A stretch of DNA of 64,000 nucleotides from Eledone cirrhosa (GCA_964016885.1 OZ024765.1:4960001-5024000); one strand, 5' to 3'. Counted from the first letter of the stretch, positions 12,493-25,624 are shown. The notes: generated by a model from the letters alone, not told the origin. Numbers and translations are program-made.

Positions 12493-14806
12493 TAAATTTT
12501 AATCTGTTATTTTAATAAATATATAGTAATAATTGTTTCTACTATTGGCACAAGGCCAGAAAATTACCCAGTACATTACTGGTACTTTATTTTATCGACC
12601 CGTAAGGATGAAAGGCAAAGTTAACCTCGGCGGGATTTGAACTAAATATATAGTAATAATAAATGTTTATATATACATATATGTTTATTTTTGGTAGAGG
12701 GCCAGCAAATATCCAGTGAATTACTGCTACTTTATTTTATCAACTATGTAAGGAAGAAAGGCAAAGTTAACCTCGGTGGGATTTGAACTCAGGTCGTAAA
12801 GTGTCGTAACTCCGTGCTGCAAAGCATGGCGTCCGACCCTCTATCAATACTGCCAATCCATATAATATTTTACACACCGGGACCACAAGACGGTCTACAC
12901 CGTCCTTCTCCGCATAATTGGGGTAGCGATTTATTTAAATTATTTCTTAACAACAAACTAATTTGTTTTTGATTAATGGAAATATATTCTGCAAAACCTC
13001 ATAATTTCGATTAATTTTCGATACAAATAAATTCAATACTTAATTTTCTATAAGTTCGATAATTAATTAATTTTCTATACCAGTAAATTCAATACATTTG
13101 CCTTTCATCCTTTCCAAGTCGATAAAAAAAAAGTACCAGTCTCGTACTGAGATCGATTCTATTTTTACTTTATATCTCTTTCTCACTAGTTTTGCTAAGG
13201 TTTATTTTTATTTTTTCCAAGTCGATAACAAAAAAAAAAAAATACAAGACAAGTACTGGGATTAATTCTACCTCTGTATCACTTCTCTCACTCTCTGAAA
13301 GAAATTTGCTGTGTTCAAACCTAGAGAGGTGATGTGCTCCCTTTAGCATTTAACCGGCCGTATGCAGGACTTCTCACCTCTTTCTGTTCAAACTGGCTGT
13401 TTATAATTGTTATGGTATAATAATAATAATGAAATTGTGTACAGTGCTCAGGTGCACTACAACTCATCAAAGGTGCATGTATAGTACATAGAATAATGTA
13501 CAAATGTATTGTTCTCAAAATAAATAATATCAAAATCTCTTAGTTTCGATACTATATGAGCTATACAATAGTAAACATAGAGTAATGTAAATGCTAAAGG
13601 GTTAAAAAAAAAAGGCCCAAGAAACGATGTATATCATTACGACTCCAGGAGATATGGAACCGTACATCACACAAAGATCAATACATAATTAATTGTTACC
13701 CTAATAAATTCTATACTTAATTAACTTTTCCTCGTGGCTAAGTTTTAATTCTAAGTTTTCACGTTACTAAGTCAACACCTCTGTAAAAGAATAGAATTAA
13801 AACCTTGAGATTTGCCCAGTGATTCTTTCCCCGAGACATTCTAACCACATGCCCATATCAGAGCTGTGATCTCTCAATTCGAAGATGTAGCTCTACCTGA
13901 GGCAACTCTGAGCTATGCATTCTATGAAGTAACATTACTCCAAAGACTCGTTGGAGGACTCCCCATTCTAACCACATACCTGTAATATTGGAGCTGTGAT
14001 CTCTCAATTCAGAGAAGTAGCAGCTCTACCTTGAGTGACTCTCTCATCTCCGAGCTACACACTCTATCAAGTAACGTTACTCCAAAGACCTTTTCGACCA
14101 CTTGTATTCTTTCAATCATTACATGCCGCCACACCCTCCCACACTGTAAAGTGGACGTGGAGGTGCCACGGCAAAAAAGCACCCAGCCCACACTGTAAAG
14201 TGGACATGTAGGCGCCACGGAAAAAAGCACCCAGCACTCACTGTAAATGAGGTTGGTATTAGGAAGGGCATCCAGCTGTAGAAATCAAGCCAAAATCAGT
14301 TCCTGTATGAGCAAGGCATGGTCAGCCGACCAAACACTGCCCACAACAGGACAACCCATCTAACCCATGCTAGCGTGGAAGAACGGACGTAAAACGGTGA
14401 TGATGATTACCCAAGATTCATAACCATAGGTAAGGGTTGGCATGAATACCGAACTGAAGATAGCGAGTTTAGCTTCAACACCTACCTGATTACCAATCAG
14501 CAGGTGACCCACAGCAAGATAACATCTATGAGCTTGGCTGGTCTCGCTTGGAATAAGTTGGCGAAGGAAAAAACCTTGAGGTTGTCAGATATTCCGATAT
14601 TTTGCTTTTAAAAGACATCCAAGTGTAGAAATTTTTCCCCTTTTTTAAAAATCCCAATAAAAATGTTCTAAACATATTGTTGTCATTTTTTAAGCTGACT
14701 TTTCCATGCTGGCATGGGACTTTTTGAGGCAGTGTTTTACATCTGGATGCTCTTCCTTCAACGAACCCTTTTAATTGCTTCTTACAACCCACAAAGACAA
14801 AAGATA

Positions 14807-14966
14807 CCGTATTTTCCGGTGTCGAAGATGCTACTTTTTTCCTAAAATAAGTCTCAAAAATCTACCATGCGTCCTGGAGACCGAAGTTTGTTTATAAAGT
14901 TTTTTTCAAATTTTTGGTTGTCAAAATTAGGGTGGGTCCTTGAGGACGGTTCCAGGAAATACAGTA
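14807..14966. mobile_element. pogo/Tigger-like MITE
   Basis: ta-ccgtattttccgg ... caggaaatacag-ta ends. Confidence 0.5.
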
Positions 14967-15119
14967 TATTAAATATATTTAGACAACATGGCAATAAAAG
15001 AGACAGATAAAAAATATAATTTTATTCCAATTAAATAAAATATATTTTATAATTTGCAAAATGAAAAAAAAAAAAAAAGGTTGTATTCAGATGTGGATTA
15101 TTTCAATATATAAATTTAC

Positions 15120-15212
15120 TTGACACCATATTTCTCTCAGTCTGTATTTTGTTGTGAATTACATACAACACTTCACACTGAATGATTCTCCACATATTTC
15201 ACATTGATATAT
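15120..15212 (-). pseudogene. Degenerate C2H2 finger remnant downstream of the ZNF gene
   Basis: Minus strand reads YQCEICGESFSVKCCM*, then in a shifted frame VIHNKIQTE. Same strand and same CEICG pattern as the ZNF gene. Confidence 0.6.
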
Positions 15213-15295
15213 ATGTATATATATGTTTATCCCAGGCTCAATCGGAGGTAACCACAGTATGTAAGGGACTCAATACATAGAGTATAAATATTTAA

Positions 15296-15388
15296 TATAG
15301 AAATGGCTTCTACAGGACTAGAACTGTTTTATTCAGATGATTTCTCCCGAATGAAACAGTTCTAGTCCTGTAGAAGCCATTCCTATAT
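15296..15388. repeat. Palindromic element (one arm also near 27205-27235)
   Basis: aatggcttctacaggactagaactgttt / aaacagttctagtcctgtagaagccatt. Confidence 0.75.
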
Positions 15389-16926
15389 TATATTAAACAA
15401 AAATATATATGGAAAAGGCAATACATTTAAAAACAAGATTTACTCCTTACACACTGTTTCATCTAAGGTACAATTACAATACAACAGCTCTACATATATA
15501 TATATATATATATGTAATAACTAGAAATTGATTAACATATATATAAATAAATATAAACATGAATAATCACAGGAATTTATCTTAATTTTGGATATAGATA
15601 TATATATATATGTATGCATATATATTATTATAAAGGTTTTACACTTAAGAATCTTCAGAGAAGAAACATTTTTGTCTTTAAAGATGCTGCTGGAGGAAAG
15701 TCCAATCTGTGTGTGTGTGTGTGTGTGTATCATCATCATTGTTTAACGTCCATCTTCCACGCTAGCATGGGTTTGTCCCATTTAGAGGCAAGTTGGATCA
15801 GGTGACCGTATCTCGCTCATATAGGACTGTTTCTGGCTAGTTTTCTACGGCTGGATGCCCTTGTCCAGCATACAGACCTTTGTCAACTATAAGATTATAT
15901 AATTCACAAATAAGGACTTTAAAAGATATTTTAGTCAAAGGGTTTCTCTCAAATGAGAACAAATTTGTAGACTACAAGATGAAAGGTGAAAGAGAATGAT
16001 TTCTGAAATATTTCATCATTAATTGTTTCTACTTTAGGCACAAAGCCAGCAATTACCCAGTGCATTACTGGTACTTTATTTTATCGACCCCCGTAAGGAT
16101 GAAAGGCAAAGTTAACTTCGGTGGGATCAGACTGTAAAGGGACGTAACTATGCTAGAAAGCATGGCGTCCAACCCTCTACCGATACCGCCAATTCACCCA
16201 TCATTAATGTTTGCCAATATGTATTGGTTAGTAGTCAATAGGTTTTTATTTACAAGAGAAACATTTGTGTATTTGTTTTTGTGGGGGGTTAAACCAGTCA
16301 TCAATGTCAATTTTCTATGCTTGTATTGGTTGGATGGATTGTCAAGTTCTGAGGCCAGATAAGTCAGGCAACCATGTCATGTTCATACAAACCGTATTTT
16401 GGCTTGGTTTTCTATGGATGTATGCCTTTTGTAATGCCAACTACCATACGGGTTGGATTGGATGATTTACTCATGTCACTGGCATAATTATTTTACAAAG
16501 TGAAGCATTACAGGTGAAATATGTCCCACATCGTAGGGCTATTGTAGAGGCACGTGGCCTAGTGGTAAGGGTGTTGGACTTACATTCATAATGTTGTGGC
16601 TTCTATTCCTGGACTGGACACTGTGTTGTGTTCTTGAGCAAAACACTTCATTTCATGTTGCTCCAGTATACTGAGTACCTGTGATGGACTGGTGTCCTGT
16701 CCAGGGGGAGTCTTGTACTCTCTGTGTTGTGTTCTTGAGCAAAACACTTCATTTCATGTTGCTTCAGTATACTCAGCTGAAAATGAGTACCAGCAATATC
16801 TGGGGGTTTAATCCTGTGATGGACTGGTGTCCTGTCCAGAGGGTGTCTTGTACTATCTGTTGCTTAATGCCATGGAAACTGGGATAAGTACTAGCCTGAT
16901 GAACCTCCAGACTTGAGACCGTTTTT

Positions 16927-18456
16927 TTAGGTCTTTTCTCCAGTGTATGTTTGTCTATGTTTATTAAAATGGCTGTCAGTGATAAAAGATTTCTTACATA
17001 TTTCACAGTAGTATGGTTTTTCTCCAGTGTGTGTTCCTCTGTGTCTCTTTAAGTTACTGTTAGTCATAAATGATTTCCCACATATTTCACACTGATAGGG
17101 TTTTTCTCCAGTGTGTGTCCGTATGTGTTGAGTTAAGCCATTATTGTCAACAAAAGATTTCCCACATATTTCACAATGGTACGGCTTCTCTCCAGTGTGG
17201 CGGCGTTTGTGTTTATTAAAATGACTGTTAGTGATAAAAGATTTCCCACATAGTTCACAGTGGTAGGGCTTTTCTTCAGTGTGTAATATTTTGTGTCTTG
17301 TTAAATTACTCTCAGAAAATAAACATTTCCCACATATTTCACAACTAAATGGTTTCTCTCCTGTATGCTTTCTTTCATGGTATACCAGTTGACAATTAAA
17401 TTTAAACGATTTCCCACATATTTCACAACGATGTGGCTTTTCTCCAGTGTGTGTTCTTTTGTGTTTTGTTAAAACCCAATCATTTACAAAAGATTTCCCA
17501 CATATTTCACAACAAAACCACTTTTCTTCAGTGAGTGTGTGTGTGTGCTTTTTTAACCTATACATAGAAATGAAAGATTTGCCACATATTTTACACTGAT
17601 TGGGCTTTTTTGTAGTGTGTGTTCTCTTGTGAATTAGTAAAGTGTTATTACGAAGGAAAGATTTGCCACATATTTCACAGTGGTAATTCTTTTCAAGGTG
17701 GTTTGTCTTGTGTCGCACAAGCTGGCATTTCTGTCGAAAAGATTTACTACATTTATCACAATCATATGGTTTCTTCCCAGTATGTTTTACTCTCTTGTGA
17801 ATTGTTAAATAATTGTTAGAAGTAAAATATTTCCCACATATTTTACATTGGAAAGTTTTTTCTCTTATGTGTATTCTTTTGTGAATTGTTAAATAATGAT
17901 TATCAAGAAAAGATTTCCCACATATTTTACACTGATAGGGGTTTTTTTCAGTGTGTGTCCTCATGTGAACTGTTAAACAGTTATGACGAAAGAAAGATTT
18001 CTCACATATCTCACAGTGGTAATTCTTTTCGAGATGGATAGCTTTGTGTCGCTCAAGCTGGCATTTCTGGCTAAAAGATTTATCACATTTATCACAATCA
18101 TATGGTTTCTCCCCACTGTGTATTATTCTCTTGTGAATTATTAAATAATTATTAGAAGTAAAATGTTTGCTACACATATCACAGTTATAGGGTTTCTTAA
18201 CAGTTTTAGACTGTTTCTGATCAAGATGAGCTTTTTGGTTGGAAGGTTCCTCACATACTTCCCTTTTGATATGTTTATGTAAATAAGTTTCATTAGTAAA
18301 AGTTTCATTATTAAAAGTTTCATTAGTAAAAGTTTCATTAGTAAAAGTTTCATTAGTAAAAGGTTTCACGTCATTGTCTGTCTGTGTAACTGAATCTAAA
18401 TTGTTAGGAACAGATGTGTTAGAAATGTCTAGGATCAAGGGTTTAACGTCCTCCAT
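16927..18456 (-). CDS. C2H2 zinc-finger protein (15 fingers, 13 canonical), single coding exon
   Basis: 509-aa ORF with tandem C-x2-C-x12-H-x3/4-H fingers and TGEKPY linkers. Fingers 8 and 15 lack the last His. Short acidic N-terminus with NETFT repeats and no recognisable KRAB/SCAN domain, as in the cephalopod C2H2 expansion. Confidence 0.93.
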   Translation of the reverse strand: MEDVKPLILDISNTSVPNNLDSVTQTDNDVKPFTNETFTNETFTNETFNNETFTNETYLHKHIKREVCEEPSNQKAHLDQKQSKTVKKPYNCDMCSKHFTSNNYLIIHKRIIHSGEKPYDCDKCDKSFSQKCQLERHKAIHLEKNYHCEICEKSFFRHNCLTVHMRTHTEKNPYQCKICGKSFLDNHYLTIHKRIHIREKTFQCKICGKYFTSNNYLTIHKRVKHTGKKPYDCDKCSKSFRQKCQLVRHKTNHLEKNYHCEICGKSFLRNNTLLIHKRTHTTKKPNQCKICGKSFISMYRLKKHTHTLTEEKWFCCEICGKSFVNDWVLTKHKRTHTGEKPHRCEICGKSFKFNCQLVYHERKHTGEKPFSCEICGKCLFSESNLTRHKILHTEEKPYHCELCGKSFITNSHFNKHKRRHTGEKPYHCEICGKSFVDNNGLTQHIRTHTGEKPYQCEICGKSFMTNSNLKRHRGTHTGEKPYYCEICKKSFITDSHFNKHRQTYTGEKT

Positions 18457-18504
18457 TCTCGAGAAATATCTGCGATTATAATCTATTGTGGTTCAGTTCT
18501 TGTC

Positions 18505-19350
18505 TTAAATATCCTGGGACCCTTTTTATTATAGTTCAGTCTTTAATATCCTGGGACTCTGTTTATTATAGTTCAGTCTTAAATATCCTGGGACCCTGTT
18601 TATTATAGTTCAGTCTTTAATATCCTGGGACCCTGTTTATTATAGTTCAGTCTTTAATATCCTGGGACCCTGTTTATTATAGTTCAGTCTTTAATATCCT
18701 GGGACTCTGTTTATTATAGTTCAGTCTTAAATATCCTGGGACTCTGTTTATTATAGTTCAGTCTTTAATATCCTGGGACCCTGTTTATTATAGTTCAGTC
18801 TTTAATATCCTGGGACTCTGTTTATTATAGTTCAGTCTTTAATATCCTGGGACTCTGTTTATTATAGTTCAGTCTTTAATATCCTAGGACTCTGTTTATT
18901 ATAGTTCAGTCTTTAATATCCTGGGACCCTGTTTATTATAGTTCAGTCTTTAATATCCTAGGACTCTGTTTATTATAGTTCAGTCTTTAATATCCTGGGA
19001 CCCTGTTTATTATAGTTCAGTCTTTAATATCCTGGGACTCTGTTTATTATAGTTCAGTCTTTAATATCCTGGGACCCTGTTTATTATAGTTCAGTCTTTA
19101 ATATCCTGGGACCCTGTTTATTATAGTTCAGTCTTTAATATCCTGGGACTCTGTTTATTATAGTTCAGTCTTTAATATCCTGGGACCCTGTTTATTATAG
19201 TTCAGTCTTAAATATCCTGGGACCCTGTTTATTATAGTTCAGTCTTAAATATCCTGGGACCCTGTTTATTATAGTTCAGTCTTTAATATCCTGGGACTCT
19301 GTTTATTCGATATAATTTATTATAGTTCAGTCTTGATATCCTGGGACTGT
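18505..19350. repeat. 37-bp minisatellite, about 22 copies, just upstream of the ZNF start codon
   Basis: tatcctgggaccctgtttattatagttcagtctttaa, with decayed copies to about 19540. Confidence 0.95.
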
Positions 19351-19804
19351 TTACAAGATATGATTAGATTAGATGTATTTTATAAACTATTATAGTTCAG
19401 TATGTTGTCTGAAATATCCTGGGACTCTGTTTACACGATGTAATTATAATCTATTAAAGTTTGTTGATACGATATAATTAGATTAGATGTATTTTATAAA
19501 TCATTATAGTTCCGTTTATTGTCTTAGATATCCTGGGACTCGGCATATTTCCAACCCATGTGCACCATATAGTTCTATTTTCTACTCATCACTGAGAATC
19601 TTTATAATACATTCATATATATGTGTGTGTGTGCGCATATATATATATATATGCGCGTGTGTGTGTGTGTGTGTGTGCATAAGCTTATGTAAGCTTCAAA
19701 TACTCACACTGCGATTTATGTATGTTTATATATATAGATCAATATAATGCTAGATGCATAGAAGCTGTATATATAATGTTTAATTATATATTTAATGTTA
19801 CATT

Positions 19805-19869
<65 letters not shown>

Positions 19870-20214
19870 TGTTTGTGTGTGCAACGATGGAAATATGCCA
19901 AATAAAGTTTATATATATGCTGAATAGTGACAATAAAGAATATTTTTTACCACTGATGGAAGAAAAATCACAAATAATACGTACTTTAGATCTGATTAGA
20001 TCCAACAAAGAAAGGGTGAAGAAAAATATCCTTTTTTTTTTTAGGTCTTGAAAATCAATTTTTTCCCCGCACTTCGTAGCGGAATTTCGCCATTGTGCGA
20101 CAAAATGAAATATTTAATCCTTCAAAAGATCGAATAACGATCCACGAACACTTTTAAATAAGATAAATTATTATTTAATCTATCTATATATATAAATGTC
20201 TGCGATTCTACCAC

Positions 20215-20612
20215 AACACGTAAAGAGGGAGTAGTAGCTCGACTACCTCATACTACCCCTCTCTCTTTACGTCTGATGCCTGTGTATAACACGTAAAGAG
20301 AGAGGGGTAGTTCGACTACCTCATACTACTTCTCCTTCTTTACGTCTGCTGCCTTTGTATAACACGTAAAGAGAGAGGAGTAGTTTGACTACCTCATACT
20401 ACTTCTCCTTCTTTACATCTGCTTCTTGTTATGACTACCTCATTCTACTCCTCTCTCACTACTACGTCTGCTGCCTGTTATGACTACCTCATACTACTCC
20501 TCTCTCTGTAAGTCTGCTGCCTGTGTGTGGGAAGCAAGGGGATGGGAAAAACAACAATAACAGGGTGCTGCTACCACTGTTGTTATGACTACCTCATACT
20601 TCTACTCTCTCT
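20215..20612. repeat. Degenerate 40-60-bp tandem repeat
   Basis: gactacctcatactactcctctctctttacgtctgctgcctgt units. Confidence 0.7.
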
Positions 20613-21213
20613 TCCCATATAAATGTATGCATGTGCACATACATACAAACACACCGATATACACATACGCTTCAGCCTATGGGAAACATTTCAAGTTATT
20701 AAATAATAATAAAATTAAGTTATGCAGCTCAGCGGTGCCGTTGGCAAATTTCCCCTCACATGAATGATACCGGTGACATAGGTAAATAGTCCCTGACATT
20801 TTTAGGCATTCAGAAGCAATTTTAGTTATTTCGATGTCGTACTAACACAGCGTGATTCAGAACATAGGCGTATATAAAAGCATAGACTATGTTTGGAGCT
20901 ATTTTAAGCTGTAAACATATCACAACTACCTCAGTAAACGCGGTAGTGACATACGGCGTTTCCATAGCATGGCGGAGCCCATTTTCCCAGGTCTGAATAC
21001 TGCAGATTTATTTAGGTGAAGCATACAGAATGCGAGAAAGAGATATAGAGGAAGAATCGGCCCAGTACTTGAGGGGTAACTTTTTTATTGGCCACAATTG
21101 GAAGGCAAAGTTGACCACCTGAGCAGTATTTGTACTTAGAGAGTAGAGAGCCTGAACAAATAACGCAAATCACTCTCTAACCGGCATTCTAACGACTCTG
21201 CCAATTCGTTGCC

Positions 21214-21443
21214 GGCAATCTTTCGATTTAGGTACGTAAAATAAAACTTCGCGAATATGTTTAAATTTCACTAAGTTTCGGTTTCCGTCAGTTTAAATAT
21301 CAAAAATTTATTTCAAAAGAAGCGAAATCTCACAGGAATATCTCACAAAGGATACTAACCCTAACCCTAACCCATGATATTTAAACTGAGGGAAATCGAA
21401 ACTTAGTGAAATTTAAACGTACCTAAAACGAAAGATCGTTGCC
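21214..21443. mobile_element. Fold-back element with an internal (CTAACC)3 tract
   Basis: atctttcgatttaggtacgt / acgtacctaaaacgaaagat plus about 45-bp inner inverted arms. Confidence 0.6.
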
Positions 21444-23011
21444 TTTCAGTAAATGTGGGAGGATGTTAAATATCAGTATTTCCGGATTTTTATTCCTTTT
21501 CAGTGACACACTCACTCATGACCCAGGCAGAATAAGCTGGTAACTTATATATAGATATTTGGAAATAATTATTTCTACATTTGGCACAAGGCCAGCAAAT
21601 TACTCAGTGTATTACTGGTACTTTATTTTATCGACCCCGAAAGGATGAAAGGCAAAGTTAACCTCGGCGGGATTTGAACTCAGAATGGCAAGGGCCATAA
21701 CTCTATGCGTCAAAGCATGGCGTCCGACCCTCTACCGATACTGCCTGGAAATAATGCATTTATAAAGATGCTCATTTGCACATTGGATTATACTGTCAAA
21801 TGTAGTCTTTCCTTTTCTGAGAAAATAAGATATTATTTGAGGGTAACTTGGCTGCTATTTCTTTGAAATAGATCGAAGGCGAACGAGGAAAAACTATATA
21901 TTTTGGTGGGTACACATCACAATGTAGTGTTTTCTTTTCTGAGAAAGTAAGATATTGTTTGAGGGTAACTTGGCTGCTATTTCTAAGGAAAACTAATCTA
22001 TATTTTGGTGGGTGATTTTTTAATTTTATTTTTACGATGTGTTCGATAGATTCAAGATGTCTCTGAATGTATTAAATTATGTTAGGGACTTTTATCGTAT
22101 GTCACCGGTATTCAAACGACGAAACTGTTTTCAACTAGACTGCACACATTGTATCTTTATAATTTCATTTTATCTAATTACATTATGTAAACAAACTCCC
22201 AGGATATCTAAGGTTAGACGAGTTGTCCCGTTGTGAGACAAGCCAGGTCTGATGACCATGACTTGCTCATACAGGACTGCTTCTGGCTTGGTTTCTACGG
22301 CCACATGACCCCTTTACACTGCGGGCTGGGCGCTTTTTCTCATGTCACTAGTGGAATTATACCTTCAAAACCCACAATAATATATATATATATCATGATC
22401 ATCGTTTAACGTCTAACTTCCACGCTAGCATGAGTTAGACGGGAATTGTCCCACTTGAGGCAAGATTGGTCGGGTGACCGTGTCTCGCTCGCTCGTATAG
22501 GACTGTATGTGGCAGGTTTTCTACGGCTGGATGCCCTTCCTAACACCATCCACATTTATAGTCTGGACTAGGAGCCTTTTTACCGTGTCTCCTACACGAC
22601 CACTTTACAGTGCATCGGAAACACTACCCGAAAAGGAGAACTGGTCAACATCATCGGATTCCGAAGCCGCAGGTTTTATTTTCAGAGTTTCTCTCTCCTA
22701 GAAAGGTGTGACAACAACTGGGGGCCTTTCATTCCCAGGTGAGAAAAAAAAACGTAGTATTTGGATGGCCGTTGACTCTGCCGAGTTCCTCTGCCCGTTG
22801 TCGGGTCTTGTATTTCATCTGCAGGGTGTCCAAATATCACCCTCCTCACCAAGCAAGCTTGTTGGGATTGCCGGTTTAGTCGCCGACGACCCGACCATGA
22901 GACAGGTTGTATTGGGTTACATGGTACGTGTACCACTCAAGGTCAAACAGACATAATATATATAAATATATTAAAATATAAATATTAATAAAATAGATGT
23001 TCTTTTGATCA

Positions 23012-23073
23012 ATCACATTTTATTATACATATTTCGGATGTACAACAGTACGTCCTCATCAGACAAAATATAA
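23012..23073 (-). ncRNA. Minimal type I hammerhead motif
   Basis: Minus strand: attatattttgt-CTGATGA-ggacgtac-tgtt-gtacatcc-GAAA-tatgta-TA^ataaaatgtgat. Stem II closes with the canonical G-C pair. Confidence 0.8.
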
Positions 23074-23236
23074 TGATACATGACATACCCTGAGATGTTG
23101 ACATAATCATTGAATATCGTTTAACACTTTAATATATATATATATATACACACACACATTTATACAGAAATAGTTAGATACCTTCATATGTTCACTATAA
23201 CTATATAAAGGAGTATATATATGTTTGAATAGGCTA

Positions 23237-23500
23237 TGTAGCCGGTAAACCCTAAAGGGATGTAACACACACATCGCTATATGGGTTCACCTGCTCCTTC
23301 TTTCTGTTGTCTTTGTATCTGTTTATGTATTTACGTGTAGATGTGTGTGTGTGTGTAACTAAAGCGAATGAACGACTAAATGATTTTAACTTGTTTTTTA
23401 ATAATTGATGCTGGAAAAGATTTCAAATTGTCTTAACTCTGGCCGCAACTCATGGCGTCTGACACGCTTACCGGCTACATAAGCTGGTGACATCTGACTT
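23237..23500 (+). mobile_element. LTR (TG...CA) followed by a primer-binding-site-like TGG
   Basis: tgtagccggtaa (23237) ... ttaccggctaca (23479) form a 12-bp terminal inverted repeat, followed by taagc-TGGTGACATC. Confidence 0.6.
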
Positions 23501-23549
23501 TCAGAGAGATATGCCGGCCTCCCACGCATATCTGTCGTACGTAAAAGGA

Positions 23550-24110
23550 AAGTAAGATTTGCTGGCCACTGCCATCGTGCCACCTCTGAGGTTGTGACCC
23601 CACTAGTGCTTTGGAAACCACAAGCAGTCACTAATAACAAGGGGCACAAGCTCTCCTATCCCAATTTGCTGGCCACTGCCATCGTGCCACCTATGAGGTT
23701 GTGTCCCCATTAATGCTTTGGAAACCACAAGCAGTCACTAATAACAGGGGGTGCAAGCTCTCCAATCCTGATTTGCTGGCCACTGCCATCGTGCCACCTA
23801 TGAGGCTGTGTCCCCAAGAGTGCTCTGGAAACCACAAGCAGTCACTAATAACAGGGGGCACAAGCTCTCCTATCCCAATTTGTTGGCCACTGCCATCGTG
23901 CCACCTATGAGGCTGTGTCTCCATCAGTGCTTTGGAAACCACAAGCAGTCATTAATAACAGGGGACACAAGCTCTCCTACCCCGATGTCATCTCCAGATA
24001 TTCTGGTATTGAAATCCAGGACTTGGCAATGGCAATGAACAACACCCCCGTGGAGATCAATAGTTGAATCTATTTCAGCTGAGGCCACTGGATGATGATG
24101 ATGATGATGA
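23550..24110 (+). mobile_element. RTE-X-like LINE 3' end containing a ~107-bp x4 tandem duplication
   Basis: RFAGHCHRA...LWKPQ...RG.KLSYPDVISR..GIEIQDLAMAM, ending in (GAT)n. A related fragment, LWEPLHGHARSGRPRLTYVD, lies at about 28410-28486. Confidence 0.6.
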
Positions 24111-24805
24111 CATAGCCTCTTCCATATATGTTCACACAAGAGCCCAACTAGGGTTTACACAGATAAATACATGTATGTGTGCATGCCTATATGTGAATGC
24201 GTATATTGATAATTTTTATATTATTCCTAGCTAATTTCCAGAACAATATTTCCCAGACCTTTGTTCCGAAGATTCCATAGATTCTATTTTTATGTGAAAC
24301 ATCATCATTACAATATATTTAATTTATCTCCCTCTCCTTTTCCAGGGAACAATTTGCTGGAAGACATGAAAAGCAGCTGTTACCTGCGGTACTGAGGACA
24401 TCTTCGTTCATGGCACAATTTGCTGAAGATGTAATATAATATGTACGGATTATATGAATAAACATTAGCTTTCATTATGAGGGTCGGACGCCATGCTTTG
24501 ACGCATAGAGTTACGTCCCTTTATGATCTGAGTTCAAATCCCGCCGAGGTTGACTTTGCCTTTCATCCTTACGGGGTCGATAAAATAAAGTACCAGTAAT
24601 GCACTGAGTAATTGCTGGCCTTCTGCCTAAAGTAGAAACAATTATATATATTATATATATATTCAGGTTTGAAGGTTCACCACTGGATAGAGCTGGTCTA
24701 TTCCGTGTGGTCAATCTTAATGTAATAATATGGAGAGTACTCAACGTAAAGCAGTTCAACCGTCTTCGTTTTTGTAGTTGGTGGTGCTATTACGGAGTTA
24801 AATGT

Positions 24806-25049
24806 TATAATAAAATGACAGGAGGCTGGACTTGTGTAAATCCTTGAAAGGTTTATTATACTTTGATCATTTCAATGACCGGGTTCCGTATGAATCCGGT
24901 GATATCATCAGGTATTCGAAATATAATAAATGAATGTAATAGATAAAATCCATGGAGCTGAAAATCAAAGACCGGAGGATGACTGACCATCTCGCATCTT
25001 CCACTTTAGAGGATTTACACAAGTCCAGCCTCCTGTCATTTTATTATAA
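24806..25049. repeat. Inverted repeat enclosing a decayed minus-strand hammerhead
   Basis: ataataaaatgacaggaggctggacttgtgtaaatcct and its reverse complement near 25010-25049. The interior minus strand has CTGATGA...accgg/ccggt...GAAA-tgatca with the triplet lost. Confidence 0.6.
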
Positions 25050-25624
25050 TTATATATATATATATCCTTATCATTTCATTTTACGTCCGCTTTTCCCTGC
25101 TTGCAAGGGTGGGACAGGAACTGATTCTGGCTTGATTTCTACAGCTGGATGCCCTTCCTAACACCAACCTCATTTACAATGAGTGCTGGATGCTTTTTTT
25201 CCATGGCGCCTACACATCCACTTTACAGTGTGGGCTGGGTGCTTTTTTTGCCGTGGCACCTCCACGACCACTTTTCAGTGGAATCTCATTTCTACAGCTG
25301 AGTAAACTGGAGCAATGTGAAATAAAGTGTCTTGCTCAAAGAAACAACACATCACCCGGTCTGAGAATTTAACTCACAACTTTTCGATTGCAAGGCCAAT
25401 GCTCTAACCACTAAGCCATGCGCCTCCATTCATATATATATATATAACAGAGTTATATATATTTTTTTTCCTGTTTTATTATATACATATTTGCACACAT
25501 CTTTCACTACATAAACTTATATTCATGCACATTTCATCGAAGGGGAAGGAAGACCACGAAAATCATGGGTGGAGGCGGTGAGAGCTGACTTCAGATTGCT
25601 GAAGCTCACGGAGCTCCCTAAAGT

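Noticed and set aside
16890-16920. CTGATGA in SINE tails (also about 51006) as a hammerhead core
   Set aside because: No GAAA box, stem III or stem I; it is part of the SINE 3' consensus.
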